Below are positions 1 to 13,059 of a DNA stretch of 64,000 bases, piece by piece. The notes below the pieces were generated by a model. It was not told the DNA's origin, did no database searches, and saw nothing but the letters and a program-made list of their open reading frames with translations. Location: positions 3,096,587 through 3,160,586 of the forward strand of contig CM120648.1 of the NCBI GenBank assembly GCA_051362555.1. The letters are read 5' to 3'. Both the position numbers and the translations under genes were made by a program. Source of the DNA: Lingula anatina (taxonomy: Eukaryota > Animalia > Brachiopoda). How positions within the stretch are numbered: the first letter of the stretch is position 1; the number at the start of each line of letters is the position of its first letter.

Positions 1-1530
1 GTCAGACCTTAAGAAAAGCACAAAACCATAATGCCCAAAATAGGAGACTACCAATCCTGATGCAATAATACATTATGTTTAACTGCACAGTCAACATCAA
101 CTTATGCACAACAGGTAACACAGACGACATTAAAAGCATAAGGCTTCAGGCCCATCAGAGTTCAAGTTTATACTTAGAAAGTGCCAGAATGAGAAAAATG
201 AAAATTTCACAAAAAATGCATAAATTCAATAAAAATGATAATCCAATAGAGCTGGTTTTCTCATATGAGCTGAATGCCAATCCTAAAAATCGTACTTGTA
301 AGTTAAAAATGATAATAAGTAGCACAGTTTTCTTTTCATAATGTTTGCAGTAGCAGTGCAAAAAGATTGTTGTCAATTTTGATGTAACATTACATAATAA
401 ATTAGAGAATAATTATCACCAATTTTTGTTTATTGACTATAAATAGGATGGACATGTAGAAAATATGATTACCATTCGGCTTCATGTTCATGGGAGCTCT
501 GAGTCCCACAATGAATATGCCAAAAAGATAATGAATATTACACTAAAATGTATAGCTTCCAGAAAAAGAAGCCAATTAGACTGCTTTTCCAACTCAGGCT
601 TCATTTTAGTCCTGTGTTTCTTTTTTGAAAGTTTGACAGTCATAAGTAACACAGTTTTCCCATAATGGTCATCAAGGCAGCAGCACCCAAAATTGTGTTT
701 TCTTCTATTTTGATGCAACATTACATAATGCTTAACGGCATAATGACCATCAATTTTTAATAATAAAATATAAGTGTCATGAATTTTCAGAAAATGTGAC
801 TAGCATGGGTCTTCAAGCCCGTGGAGGTTCTAAGTCACACCTTGGAAATGCCAATATGTGAAAAATTACATTTTCACAAAAAACTGTTTAATTGCCAGAA
901 AAATTTACCAAACAGACTGCATTGCCTACTGAAGCTGTATTTTAGACCCATGTTTCTTTCCTGTAAGTTTGAGAACAGTAATTGACACGATTTTCCTTAA
1001 ATGGTCATCATGGGAGCAGTGCCCAAAACAGGGGTTTCTTCAAATTTTGATGCAACATTACATAATGTTTAACAGCATAATGACCATCAATTTTTAATTA
1101 TAAAATATTAGTATAAAGCATATTCAGAAAATGTGACAAGCAAAGGTCTTCAGGATCATGGAACTTCAAAGTCATACATTGAAAATGCCAATATGTGAAA
1201 AATTAAATTTTCCAAAAAAAACTGCTTAACTACCAGAAAAATTTACCAAACAGACTGCATTGCCTACTGAAGCTGTGTTTTAGTCCCATGTTTCTTTCCT
1301 GTAAGTTTGAGAACAGTAAGTGACATGACTTTCCTTAAATGGTCATCATGGGAGCAGTGCCCAAAATAGGGGTTTCTTCAAATTTTGATGCAATATTACA
1401 TAATGTTTTACAGCATAATGACCATCAATTTTTAATCATAAAATATTAGTATCATGGATATTCAGAAAATGTGACTAGCAAAGATCTGCAGGCTCATGGA
1501 ACTTCAAAGTCACATCTTAAAAATGCCAAA
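1..1530. repeat. Degenerate tandem array, ~335 bp period
   Basis: The motif TGATG(C/T)AA(C/T)ATTACATAAT recurs at ~380, 711, 1049 and 1386. The last units are highly similar to each other. Confidence 0.75.
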
Positions 1531-2629
1531 CTGTAAAAAAGACAGCACTGTTCTGAAATGGGTTTATTTCCATTTTAACACTTTTTAAACAAAACAAAAT
1601 AAACAGTATACTTCCATTTTTATATGACCAACTAAGAAAATTGATGAGATGGGAAAAATATCAATAGAACAGTGTTAAATGTCCAATTTCCTCCATTCTG
1701 AGATTCTGAACATAGTTGATGATTGAATCTAACAAACTGCAATATGATATGATATGAGTTTATTTCCATTTTTGACACTTTATTACACAATACACGATAT
1801 CAAGTTTACCATCATTTTTACATAATCAACTAACAATGTTGTAAAGATGCAGGAAATATCAAACAAACACTTTTATGTATCTTATTAGTTAAATAATGAG
1901 ACTGTTAACATGCTTAAGAATTGAATCTGAGGAAATGTGAAAAAACAGCATAACTTCTAAAATAATGGCCAGATTATGCTGATTTTCCAACTCAACCTGC
2001 ATTTTAGTAAGATTGACCACTCCTGTAAGTATAATGACAATTGGCCTATCTGTTTTTCTTATATAGTGTTATCAGTGTTGCATATATGTTGAAAAAAGTG
2101 AAAAAATAGCATAACTCCCCTAAAAATGGCTTGATCATGCTGATTTTTGAACTTGATCTGCGGATTATGAATCTTCATCAGTTTTGTAAGTTTGAAGCCA
2201 AAAAGTAAAGCTGTTTTCCACTTATCGTGTTATCGGTGCTGCATATATGCTGAAAAAAGTAAAAAAAAAAACAGCATAACTTCCCTACAAGTCACCCGAT
2301 CATGCTGATTTTCGAACTTGACCTGCGTATTATAAATATTTATCAGCTCTCTAAGTTTCAAGCCAAAAGCCAAAACGGTTTTCCAGTTATCGTGTTATCG
2401 GTGCTGTGTATATATGCTGAAAAAAGAGAAAAACTAGAGGATCAGAGAGGCGATACCGCCTCCGAATATTGTACCACCAGCTGGAGCAAGCGCATTCGTA
2501 TAGACCCCCACATACACAAAATAAGGGGTGCAGCCACCAGTCTTGTGCTTGACAAGCTGTAAAAATGCAATCAACAAGAATTTTCAAAATATGCAAAAAA
2601 TATATATAACTAAAAATGGTGCAATCAAA

Positions 2630-4215
2630 GTTAAGTTCATTGTAAGGTAGGTCAAAGGTCAATTTCAAGGTCACAGTAAATTGCCAGTATATGACTTCCT
2701 ATCCAATTTCAATAGTAACTATGGACCTATCTCTTCCAGTTTTGGAGATAAAAGGGAAGCAAAATTTGCAAAGTTCAGTTCATGGTGAAAAGTAGGTCAA
2801 AGGTCAATTTCAAGGTCACAGTAAGATTGCCAGTATATGACTTCCTATTCAACTTCAATAGTAACTATGGACCTATCTCTGCCAGTTTTGGAGATAAAAG
2901 GGAAGCAAAATTTGCAAAGTTCAGTTCATGGTGAAAAGTAGGTCAAAGGTCAATTTCAAGGTCACATTTAGATTGCCAGTATATGACTTCCTATTCAACT
3001 TCAATAGTAACTATGGACCTATCTCTGCCAGTTTTGGAGATAAAAGGGAAGCAAAATTTGCAAAGTTCAGTTCATGGTGAAAAGAAGGTCAAAGGTCAAT
3101 TTCAAGGTCACAGTAAAATTGCCAGTATATGACTTCCTATGCAAGTTCAATAGTAACTATGGACCTATCTCTGCCAGTTTTGGAGATAAAAGGGAAGCAA
3201 ATTTTGCAAAGTTCAGTTCAAGGTGAAAAGTAGGTCAAAGGTCAATTTCAAGGTCACAGTAAAATTGCCAGTATATGACTTCCTATTCAAGTTCAATAGT
3301 AACTATGGACCTATCTCTGCCAGTTTTGGAGATAAAAGGGAAGCAAAATTTGCAAAGTTCAGTTCATGGTGATAAGTAGGTCAAAGGTCAATTTCAAGGT
3401 CACAGTAAGATTGCCAGTATATGACTTCCTATTCAACTTCAATAGTAACTATGGACCTATCTCTGCCAGTTTTGGAGATAAAAGGGAAGCAAAATTTGCA
3501 AAGTTCAGTTCATGGTGAAAAGTAGGTCAAAGGTCAATTTCAAGGTCACATTTAGATTGCCAGTATATGACTTCCTATTCAACTTCAATAGTAACTATGG
3601 ACCTATCTCTGCCAGTTTTGGAGATAAAAGGGAAGCAAAATTTGCAAAGTTCAGTTCATGGTGAAAAGAAGGTCAAAGGTCAATTTCAAGGTCACAGTAA
3701 AATTGCCAGTATATGACTTCCTATGCAAGTTCAATAGTAACTATGGACCTATCTCTGCCAGTTTTGGAGATAAAAGGGAAGCAAATTTTGCAAAGTTCAG
3801 TTCAAGGTGAAAAGTAGGTCAAAGGTCAATTTCAAGGTCACAGTAAAATTGCCAGTATATGACTTCCTATTCAAGTTCAATAGTAACTATGGACCTATCT
3901 CTGCCAGTTTTGGAGATAAAAGGGAAGCAAAATTTGCAAAGTTCAGTTCATGGTGATAAGTAGGTCAAAGGTCAATTTCAAGGTCACAGTAAGATTGCCA
4001 GTATATGACTTCCTATTCAACTTCAATAGTAACTATGGACCTATCTCTGCCAGTTTTGGAGATAAAAGGGAAGCAAAATTTGCAAAGTTCAGTTCATGGT
4101 GAAAAGTAGGTCAAAGGTCAATGTCAAGGTCACAGTAAGATTGCCAGTATATGACTTCCTATTCAACTTCAATAGTAACTATGGACCTATCTCTGCCAGT
4201 TTTGGAGATATAAGG
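2630..4215. repeat. 146 bp tandem satellite, ~11 copies, with a 4-mer (~584 bp) higher-order repeat
   Basis: AGGTCAAAGGTCAATTTCAAGGTCAC recurs every ~146 bp. Diagnostic variants (CACATTTAG, AAGAAGGTC, GATAAGTAG) recur 584-585 bp apart. Confidence 0.95.
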
Positions 4216-4460
4216 GACTAAATGTTATAATTTTGGAGTTACCATAATGTGCCATAAATTTCCTACAGAAAAAATTAATTAAAATAAAGAAAAGGTCATT
4301 TTGGTCAAAGTTCTTGAAATGGGAGGTTCTCTGAAGTTGCAGAAGTTTAAATTTGATAAAATAATGTCATTTTTGACCACAAGTTGTCTGCTTTGCCAAG
4401 CATTATGTTTTATTTTTCCGGAGTTCAAAATTTATTATCCATTACCGTACTGCACATTTT

Positions 4461-4752
4461 TACGGAAGCCGACTGGTGCCATATGTTGAAAAAAAAAATT
4501 ATCTCGAAATTTCGAGATAGCATTTTTTTTGTTCAAATTTCAAAATACTATCTCGAAATTTCGAGATAAATTTTTTTGCTCAAATATCAAAATGCTATCT
4601 CGAAATTTCGAGATAATTTTTTTTTTGTTCAAATTTCAAAATGCTATCTCGAAATTTCGAGATAAAAATTTTTTTTGTTCAAATTTCAAAATAGTATCTC
4701 GAAATTTCGAGATAATTTTTTTTTCTACATATGGCACCAGTCGGCTTCCGTA
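4461..4752. mobile_element. MITE with TA ends (Tc1/mariner-like) and internal palindromic repeats
   Basis: TIR TACGGAAGCCGACTGGTGCCATATGT ... ACATATGGCACCAGTCGGCTTCCGTA. Five internal copies of the palindrome TCTCGAAATTTCGAGA. Confidence 0.85.
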
Positions 4753-6310
4753 CATTTTCCTTTCACCACCAATATGTACTTTCTGATACAGCGTAACTCG
4801 AAAACTGTATGGAATACAAAAAAACCGAGACCACCTCCAGTGTTGGGCTTTACATGCTCTACAAAATGCAAAAAAGAATGGATCTCTAGCATTAACGGTT
4901 CCCGAATTAGAGACAGTTTTCAGTTTCGGTATCTTATGGCCGCTACTCCTGTGAAAATGCACCGATTGACCCCAAATTCACGGAGATGAAAGATGACCTG
5001 AAGGGTAACACTTTCCAATAATATTATTGGTTAAGTCTGTGTGGCGTCTGAATAACAGGGCAAAAAAATTTTTTTTCGTAAAAAATTTCATTTTTTTGAA
5101 AATTTTGACCCATTTGACCTTGAAGTAAAGGTCAAAGGTCAAATCCGAGGGTATATTTGAAATCTACACATATGACTTTTGGAAAGCCGTCTATAGAAAT
5201 TTTTCCCGTAACTCCTTCTGTAGGGTAGATAATTAGCATTTAATTTTGCCATTTTTAGACAAGGGTGCATTGCAATGAGTGCCACACCCAGACCCCAATA
5301 CCGACAAAGCCCAAATTTTACGTGGAACGAGTTGAGATTATAGGTGACCTAAATCCATGAGATGGGTACGGGGGCCCTTACCGTCTAGGAGGAGAAGCGG
5401 TAACGGTAACATGGCGGCGGAGCCGGCGGAACGGACCGGACGGGACCGAAACCATGTGTACCGCCAGCGCTAACGCTGGTGGTAAATTTTTTTGTTCAAA
5501 TTTCAAAATAGTATCTCGAAATTTCGAGATAATTTTTTTTTCTACATATGGCACCAGTGGGCTTCCGTACATTTTCCTTTCACCACCAATATGTACTTTT
5601 TGATACAGCGTAACTCGAAAACCGTATGGAATACAAAAAAACCGAGACCACTTCCAGTGTTGGGCTTTACATGCTCTACAAAATGCAAAAAAGAATGGGT
5701 CTCTAGCATTAACGGTTCCCGAATTAGAGACAGTTTTCAGTTTCGGTATCTTATGGCCGCTACTCCTGTGAAAATGCACCGATTGACCCCAAATTCACGG
5801 AGATGAAAGATGACCTGAAGGGTAACACTTTCCAATAATATTATTGGTTAAGTCTGTGTGGTGTCTGAATAACAGGGCAAAAAATTTTTTTTTCGTAAAA
5901 AATTTCATTTTTTTGAAAATTTTGGCCCATTTGACCTTGAAGTAAAGGTCAAAGGTCAAATCCGAGGGTATATTTGAAATCTACACATATGACTTTTGGA
6001 AAGCCGTCTGTAGAAAATTTTCCCGTAACTCCTTCCGTAGGGTAGATAATTAGCATTTAATTTTGCCATTTTTGGACAAGGGTGCATTGCAATGAGTGCC
6101 ACACCCAGACCCCAATACCGACAAAGCCCAAATTTTACGTGGAACGAGTTGAGATTATAGGTGACCTAAATCCATGAGATGGGTATGGGGGGCCTTACCG
6201 TCTAGGAGGAGAAGCGGTAACGGTAGCCGTCCGGCGGAGCCGGCGGAGCCGGCGGAACGATCCGGACGAGACCGAAACCATGTGTACCGCCAGCGCTAAC
6301 GCTGGTGGTA
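4665..6310. repeat. Direct tandem duplication of ~817 bp (4665-5483 and 5484-6310)
   Basis: Near-identical sequence offset by 817 bp (twin spurious ORFs at 4675 and 5492). Confidence 0.9.
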
Positions 6311-7391
6311 CAAATAGCCTAAATTCACTAAAAAATGACCCAATCATGCCGATTTTCGAACTTGACCTGCGTATTATGAATATTTATCAGTTCTGTAAGT
6401 TTCAAGCCAAAAAGTAAAATGGTTTTCCACTTACCATGTTATCGGTGCTGCATTTATGCTGAAAAAAGAGAAAAAATAGCCTAAATTCATTAAAAATGAC
6501 CCAATCACGCTGATTTTCGAACTTGACCTGCGTATTATGAATATTCATCAGTTCTGTAAGTTTCAAGCCAAAAAGTAAAACAGTTTTCCACTTATCGTGT
6601 TATCGGTGCTTCATTTATGCTAAAAAAAGTGAAAAAACAGCATAAATTCCCTATAAGTGACCCGATCATGCTGATTTTCGAACTTGACCTGCGTATTATG
6701 AATATTCATTAGTTCTGTAAGTTTCAAGCCAAAAGAAAAAACAGTTTTCTACTTATCGTGTTATCGGTAAAAGTGCACGGCGACGGCGACGGCGGCGACG
6801 ACAGACGCAGATGACGGCTATATGTACAGACACATCTGTGTCTGTACATAAAAAACTTCCCCCCCAGTTGTAACGTTCTACCTACCAATATAGTCATTTT
6901 GGCCAAACAGTGCCCGTTTAGGTTCCCAAAGGTCCTTGGGCCTCTTCTTGGGTATAGGGAGGGGGTTTTCATTATTCTTCAGGCGAGGAAGCAAACCTAG
7001 AAATATCAGATTGTTTATTACAAATTTCGAAAAGCCACAACATTTACGCCAGTGTAATATGAGAGAGTCTCCTTAAATTAAGAATGTCTGTCAATGGTGA
7101 ATGTGGATGTTTGTTCCGTGTTCTTGGCGGGTGACAGGTGTAATGTGGGTACTATTTGCAACAGCAAAGCTGGCAGAGCAGCAAAAGATAGAGGGATATG
7201 GCAAATTAAAGGATGCTGACAAGCCTTATGAGCCGACCAAGAGGGATATGGCAAATTAAAGTATGCTGACAAGCCTTATGAGCCCATCAAGGCTTGAAGA
7301 GGTTAAGTAAGTATTTGCACCAGGTATTCTGTTCAGGTAGCTTCCACTGTGTCAGTTAGTGTGTCAAATATCTTCTTATGATATCAAAAAT

Positions 7392-7650
7392 CTTACAGGA
7401 TGAGGTGCCTTATACAGACTGGGTGTGAACCTACCTCTATCAAATGTCTTCTTATTATAGCCATATCTTATAGGGTGAGGTGCCTTATCCAGACTGGGTG
7501 TAAAACTACCTCTATCAAATATCTTCTTATTATAGCCATATCTTATAGGGTGAGGTAACTTATACAGACTGGGTGTGAACCTACCTCTATCAAATATCTT
7601 CTTATTATAGCCATATCTTATAGGGTGAGGTAACTTATATGGACTGGGAG
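7392..7650. repeat. ~78 bp tandem repeat, 3 copies
   Basis: CAGACTGGGTGTGAACCTACCTCTATCAAAT...TTATAGGGTGAGG is repeated. Confidence 0.85.
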
Positions 7651-7951
7651 GCTCATATAAGTCTGTGGAGCGGTCAGCTGCTGTCCACTGGCTTGATGTC
7701 CTGTCGGTCGGAGTGTCAGATTTGTGTTGGACACAGGTGACACAAGGTGCTGAAGATGACATGAAACTGAAGGTTAAACATATAAACAAACATACACACA
7801 CACACACACATATTATTTGTGTTGGACACAGGTGACACAGGGTGCTGTAGATGAAGTGAAACTGAAGGTTTTAATACTGGTACTATTGGCACCAGGTTCT
7901 ATTCAGGTTTCTTCCACTGTTTCAGTTAGTCTTGGCAGTGTATGTTGGCTT

Positions 7952-7953
<2 letters not shown>

Positions 7954-8005
<52 letters not shown>

Positions 8006-8019
8006 TAGAGAGAGAGAGA
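7954..8019. repeat. Compound (GT)n(GA)n microsatellite
   Basis: Direct reading of the sequence. Confidence 0.95.
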
Positions 8020-8808
8020 TTCTTTGAATAAATGGAAATAAAAACAATGGCAGAGAGAAAAAGAAAGGCATGTATCAATAATAAGAATAAACTATTATAT
8101 GTGTGTGTGTGTGTGAGAGAGAGAGAGAAAGAGAAAGGGAGAGAGTAAAAAGTTTGTTTGTTTTTTTACCTGTGAATCTGCCAAGAATATATTTTGTATT
8201 ACTTGCTGTCCCTGAGAATGGCACAAGTCTGGAAGCCTGCCTCACTGCTGCCGTGAGCCAGCTCATTATTCCCACAACACAGCCTCAATTTACCGTCTCT
8301 GGAAAATACTTCATAATGTCATGTTTTATGTGATATTCAAATCTGACAGCTGTTTTCGGCCTTACGCGTAGGGGTACGTAATGATCGATCGACTGCTAAT
8401 AGACCTAGTGCTAGACTAACTAAATTAGGGCGATCGACTGCCTAGTGGTTTGTACTATGAAGTAAAATGCAAACTTCTCAAGTAAAACATTTGCTTCTTG
8501 CAATAAGTATTCAAACACAAAAACATGAGTTAGAATTTGAATTAAAGTACAGTTTTTTTTTTAAATGCCTTATCGCTAGCAGTGCTCTCACCGTCAACGT
8601 GATTCTTGCTGAGAGTGTATTCATAGTAGGAACGGAGTGAATATACCACACAGAATTTTAAACACTTTAATGATTTATTTTTCAAACACCAAAGAAATAA
8701 TTTTACGTTTTTACATTTTTTATGTTGAAATGTTAAAAATTATACGAGTTCATTCAATGGAATCTGAGGGTACCTGTACATTTCTATTTTCTCCGTGGCT
8801 AGGGTAAA

Positions 8809-10656
8809 ATGGCGCAGATCATTGTGGAGGGGCGCGCCAGCCTGCTTAGTTTTATCTGCGGTTCCACGATCTGTTTCGTGCCTTTGTTCAGATATCTTGG
8901 TCGCATTCCAGAAAACATAGTTGAACATTATTTGCCTGTTCTTTTGGGCATCTATTCAGTTTTCATTTTTGCATTATGGCGGTTGATTTACAGACGATAT
9001 TGGACACTTTGGCAAGTACGTGTTGCGCTGCAAATTGCAATGTTGTTGGCATGTTGTAGATCTTTGAAGCCATATTTTAAGGCCAACTGCCGGGTTACAA
9101 GCCAACCAATTAAAGGGAAATTATTTAATCTCACTTTATGTGTGCGTATGTGTGGGAGAAAGACACACAAACTGACAAACTCAGAGATCACCCAGGCAAG
9201 TGTGTGTGCGCGCGCGCTTGTGTGTGTGCGTGTGTGTGTGTATGAGAGGGAGAGAGAGAAAGAGTGAAATAAACAAACAAAATCCGAGCTCACCCTCCTC
9301 ACTCCAGGTCAGCAGCCGTGCAGCATTCCTGGGTCTTGTCTTCGGCTGTGGCCTCATCCTCACCTTCTCCGACACCACATGGACACACTTCGGCTGGTAC
9401 CTGGTGGCCCTCAGCTTCTTCCACTGGTCTGAGTACTTCACCACAGCAGTCACCAACCCCTTCAGCCTACAGCTGGACTCCTATCTGCTAGACCACAGTC
9501 CAGAGTATAAGCTAGCTGCTCTGGCCAGCTGGGTAGAGTTTACTGTGGAGTGGTATTTCTTGCCAGGTATATCTAGTCTTGATTGGGTTACTGGTCGTTA
9601 ACAGCATTGCTAAACGGAAGGTACAGCAACTTGGCCTGTGATATTTTATCCAAGGTCTAAAATTTTGTTGGTAGTTTGCAGTAAGTTTAGAAAATTAAGT
9701 TTTATCTCAGTTCTACAGTAGTTATCAGCATGCGTTTCTAGTGTCAGCTTCTTTTAATTATGTATTTATGTAGTTTCTGTATTTATTTACCTATGAAATT
9801 AATGAATCACTGATGATTCTTTCTCTCTTTTCCTTTCCTCTAGGTCTGAAACAGCTGAAATGGGTGAGCGTATTCGGTCTTCTAATAGTCATGGGAGGCG
9901 AGACCCTCCGTAAAGCGGCCATGATAACAGCCAAAACAAACTTCAACCATTACGTCCAACACGTGAAGGAAGAGGGACATGTGCTTGTGACCCGCGGGGT
10001 GTATAGCAAATTCAGACACCCTTCATATGTGGGTTGGTTCTATTGGAGTATAGGCACACAGGTATATTAATAGTGAACATATGCTCATGGTAAACATCTA
10101 TTGACACAGGTATTAGACTGGTTATATAATATGGTCATGGTTTACCTCTATTGACAAAGTGTTCCAAGGACATATTTTCTGTGTCTGCTGATGCTCAAAA
10201 GGTAGGATAGATAATAGTCACAGTAAGCATCTAATCTTAACATCTGGTCAGTTATTTAAAACTAATTAATTTTATTATGTATGGGGTAAAACATTTAATC
10301 AAATGCACAATTAGGTCAGGAAGTTATCAGGGAGAAGGAGAAAATTACTATTTTTAGGCAAATTTGATTTTAGACAAAAATACCAGGTTGGATACCTAAT
10401 AAGTTCAGAAATGTATTTTCAATGTTTGTTTGTGATATGTAAAAAATGATATGTTTATAAATCCATCTTTCAGATAATCCTATGCAATCCTATTTGTCTG
10501 GTCGGCTACACAGTCACTTCATGGAAGTTTTTCAGAGAACGTATAGAAGTAGAGGAGATAACTTTATTAAACTTCTTTGGGGAGGAGTATTTGAATTACC
10601 AGCGGCAAGTAAAGACTGGTTTGCCGTTTATCAAAGGCTACAGAATGGAATTATAA
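8809..10656 (+). CDS. ICMT: Protein-S-isoprenylcysteine O-methyltransferase, 4 exons, ~288 aa
   Basis: Exons 8809-9015, 9308-9566, 9844-10061 and 10474-10656 join in frame at GT-AG sites. ICMT motifs: FFHWSEY, SYLLDHSPEY, HVLVTRGVYSKFRHPSYVGWFYWSIGTQ, LCNPIC, FFRERIEVEEITLLNFFGEEY, TGLPFIKG. Confidence 0.96.
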
Positions 10657-13059
10657 CAGAAACTTCAGAAAAAACTTAAAATATAATTTATCTCAAAGTT
10701 TTGTATATCGTTATTTCTTCATATATTTAGATAGGCTTGATTATATTTGAAATAAATTTTTAAGGTCACAGTTCAGCCGACCTTCATAAAAGAAAACCTT
10801 TATGTCTGATGCATGTATTCTTTAAAGTGGAAAAGAAAAAAAATTGAAAATTCCCAGCTGCTGTAGATATTGAAGTGCAAATTGTCCACAGTCCATCTGG
10901 GTACGTATCAACCTGTATTATAGTAATTCAATTACTAATAGTTGTAAAATGAAATTACTTACTAGACTAACCATTCTTTTGTTTTATCCAAGTAGTCATT
11001 TTACATATTTCCAAATTATTAAAAGAAATCTTATCTGATGAAAATTGAATATATATCCTGCCCTGTTTGATCACAGAATGTTTCTCAATATTTAATAAAA
11101 ATGGTGAGTATTCATGTGAGTTTGTCAGATAAATTATGTTGAACTTCTTCAACCATGAACCCACCATTGCATATCCAGAGTTGAAAGTCCATTATTTGTC
11201 AGATATGTCTCCCATGTACATACTTTAACTTATCTCTAAAGGGGTTGTGTTAAACTTTGCTCACTTAAAGGTCCCATCGCTGCTACTAAGCACTTGGCTG
11301 CTAGACCAAGTATATATTCTTGTTTCAAAAGCTTTGTTAGATACAACTCAAGTAAGTGTAGAAATTGAGAAGTTGAGGCATATAACATGCATGTGCTTGT
11401 GTTTTGTTATAAATTCGTCAAAGTAGTAAAAATGTTTTTCAACGTCACTAGTGTAATGGAACTTGCAGAAATTTTGCGCATTTTTTTCCCTTTCAAATAG
11501 TATTGGTAATTAAAATAAAGTATAAATAAATCTGTAAACAACATGGGTGTATATTACATAAAGTTTGCAAAATGAGAATGGTATTTAAAATCACTTCAGT
11601 CAACACCTAGAATGTAAATTTTTGTGTAGATGTAATTTTTTCAAATTCTATAAAATTTCTAAGTATAATGGCAATAATCGATCAAGGTAGTGTTGGCTGA
11701 TTTTTACCTGCTGACAGTGTAGAACTGTACCAGCCTCATTACTGAGTATAACAGTGCATATATTCATATTTATCTTTGATAACACAATGTTAATACATGT
11801 ATATATACTAGAATCTGTGGGGGATGCATGTGACAGGAGAGTGATATATTTGTGGAAACTTGTTGTATTATTGTTGATATGGTTATTGTTGCCATGCATG
11901 TGACAGGAGGGAGATATATTTATAAAAACTTGTTGCATTATTGTTGCCATGGTAACTGCATTCCTCGTGGCAGAAATGTAGTTTTACAACCAAGCTTCTT
12001 ATTGGTTGAATCATCTGAGTTTTTTTGCCAGCAAGCTTCTGATTGGTCAAAGCATTTGAGAAACGTGATACGAATCTCATTTAAGAGCTGACTTTTATGT
12101 TTAAAATATAGTATGTAATAAGTATGAAGATTTATTGAATAAAGAAGGCAAAAAGAGCCTCTGTATGGAAAAGACATATTTTATTTTAATTATTAACTTT
12201 CATTCTGCTTGATTAAAAATATATATATTCCAAATTCTTAACAGATGTGGTAAGAGTAATTCTTTATAAAATTTATTTTTGTATGTATTCTTATTTTATA
12301 CTTCAACTCAATTAAAAGAAAAAATCAGCTATGCTATGATTATACATCAGGTCTTTTCAATATGTAAGTAAAAACTTTCACATCTGCATTGGACCAGCCA
12401 ATGTCTAGCAAAGCAGCAAAAAGCAGAGATAATATAAATGTCTGGTTAACACTTGGTTATCATAATGATAATAAATCACATTCTGATAGGACAACCATCA
12501 TTAACTGTAGTTTCAATATGCAATCGTATAAGGTCTCTATATATATTATATAAAATGTTTATATGAACTGTAAAAATAAGTAAAACATTTCATGCTAAGA
12601 TATACAGGTTCATAAAAAATGACCAGTGGACGGAATGCATCTTTAAAGAACTATTTTTTCTTTTTAATTATCAATACTTGATATTTTATATCAAGCAACA
12701 GTATCTGTATTCAGATCTCTTTTCAGCAAGCCAAATAATATTATTACTTAACAAAATATGAGAGTTTGTCTTTCAGAGGAAGATATTTCTCTCAAGAATT
12801 TGAAGTTTAAACCCCCTTCAACAACCCCCTCCCCAACCTGCCTGTCTAAATAAGTTTCAGGAAAAACTTGGTCTACCCCTTCCCTTTCCAAACTTGTCTG
12901 TCAATAGAAGATATTTCTGGATGAAAATGAAGTCCAAACGCCCCCTTCTCTACCCAACTTGTCTGTCCAAAGTAGACTTATCTAAGAGAAAACACTCCCC
13001 TCGCCCCCCCCCCCCCCCCCCCCCCCCACCCCTCAATCCCTCCTTCTCCTATACCCTCC

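Larger units (their letters stand above)
2432..6314 (+). mobile_element. Inner Helentron/HINE-like element containing a 146 bp satellite array
   Basis: Starts AACTAGAG inside an A-run of the outer array. Ends with a CGGA-type microsatellite and a short hairpin (TGTACCGCCAGCG-CTAA-CGCTGGTGGTACA). No TSD is visible, and the outer unit continues across the insertion. Confidence 0.6.
1930..6985 (+). mobile_element. Outer Helentron/HINE-like non-autonomous element with a ~162 bp internal tandem array, interrupted by an inner element
   Basis: Units containing ATCATGCTGATTTTCGAACTTGACCTGCGTATTATG occur at ~2110-2431 and resume at ~6315-6770. They are followed by a CGGCGA/GACA microsatellite (6778-6820), typical of HINE 3' ends. 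The left boundary is uncertain. Confidence 0.5.

Noticed and set aside
4529-5806. Twin 104-133 aa ORFs
   Set aside because: They lie in a MITE and an 817 bp duplication, with no protein-like features or splice support.
7376-7807. 143 aa minus-strand ORF with repeated HPIRYGYNKK
   Set aside because: It is a translation of a 78 bp tandem repeat that begins in a (TG)n microsatellite, with no independent coding evidence.
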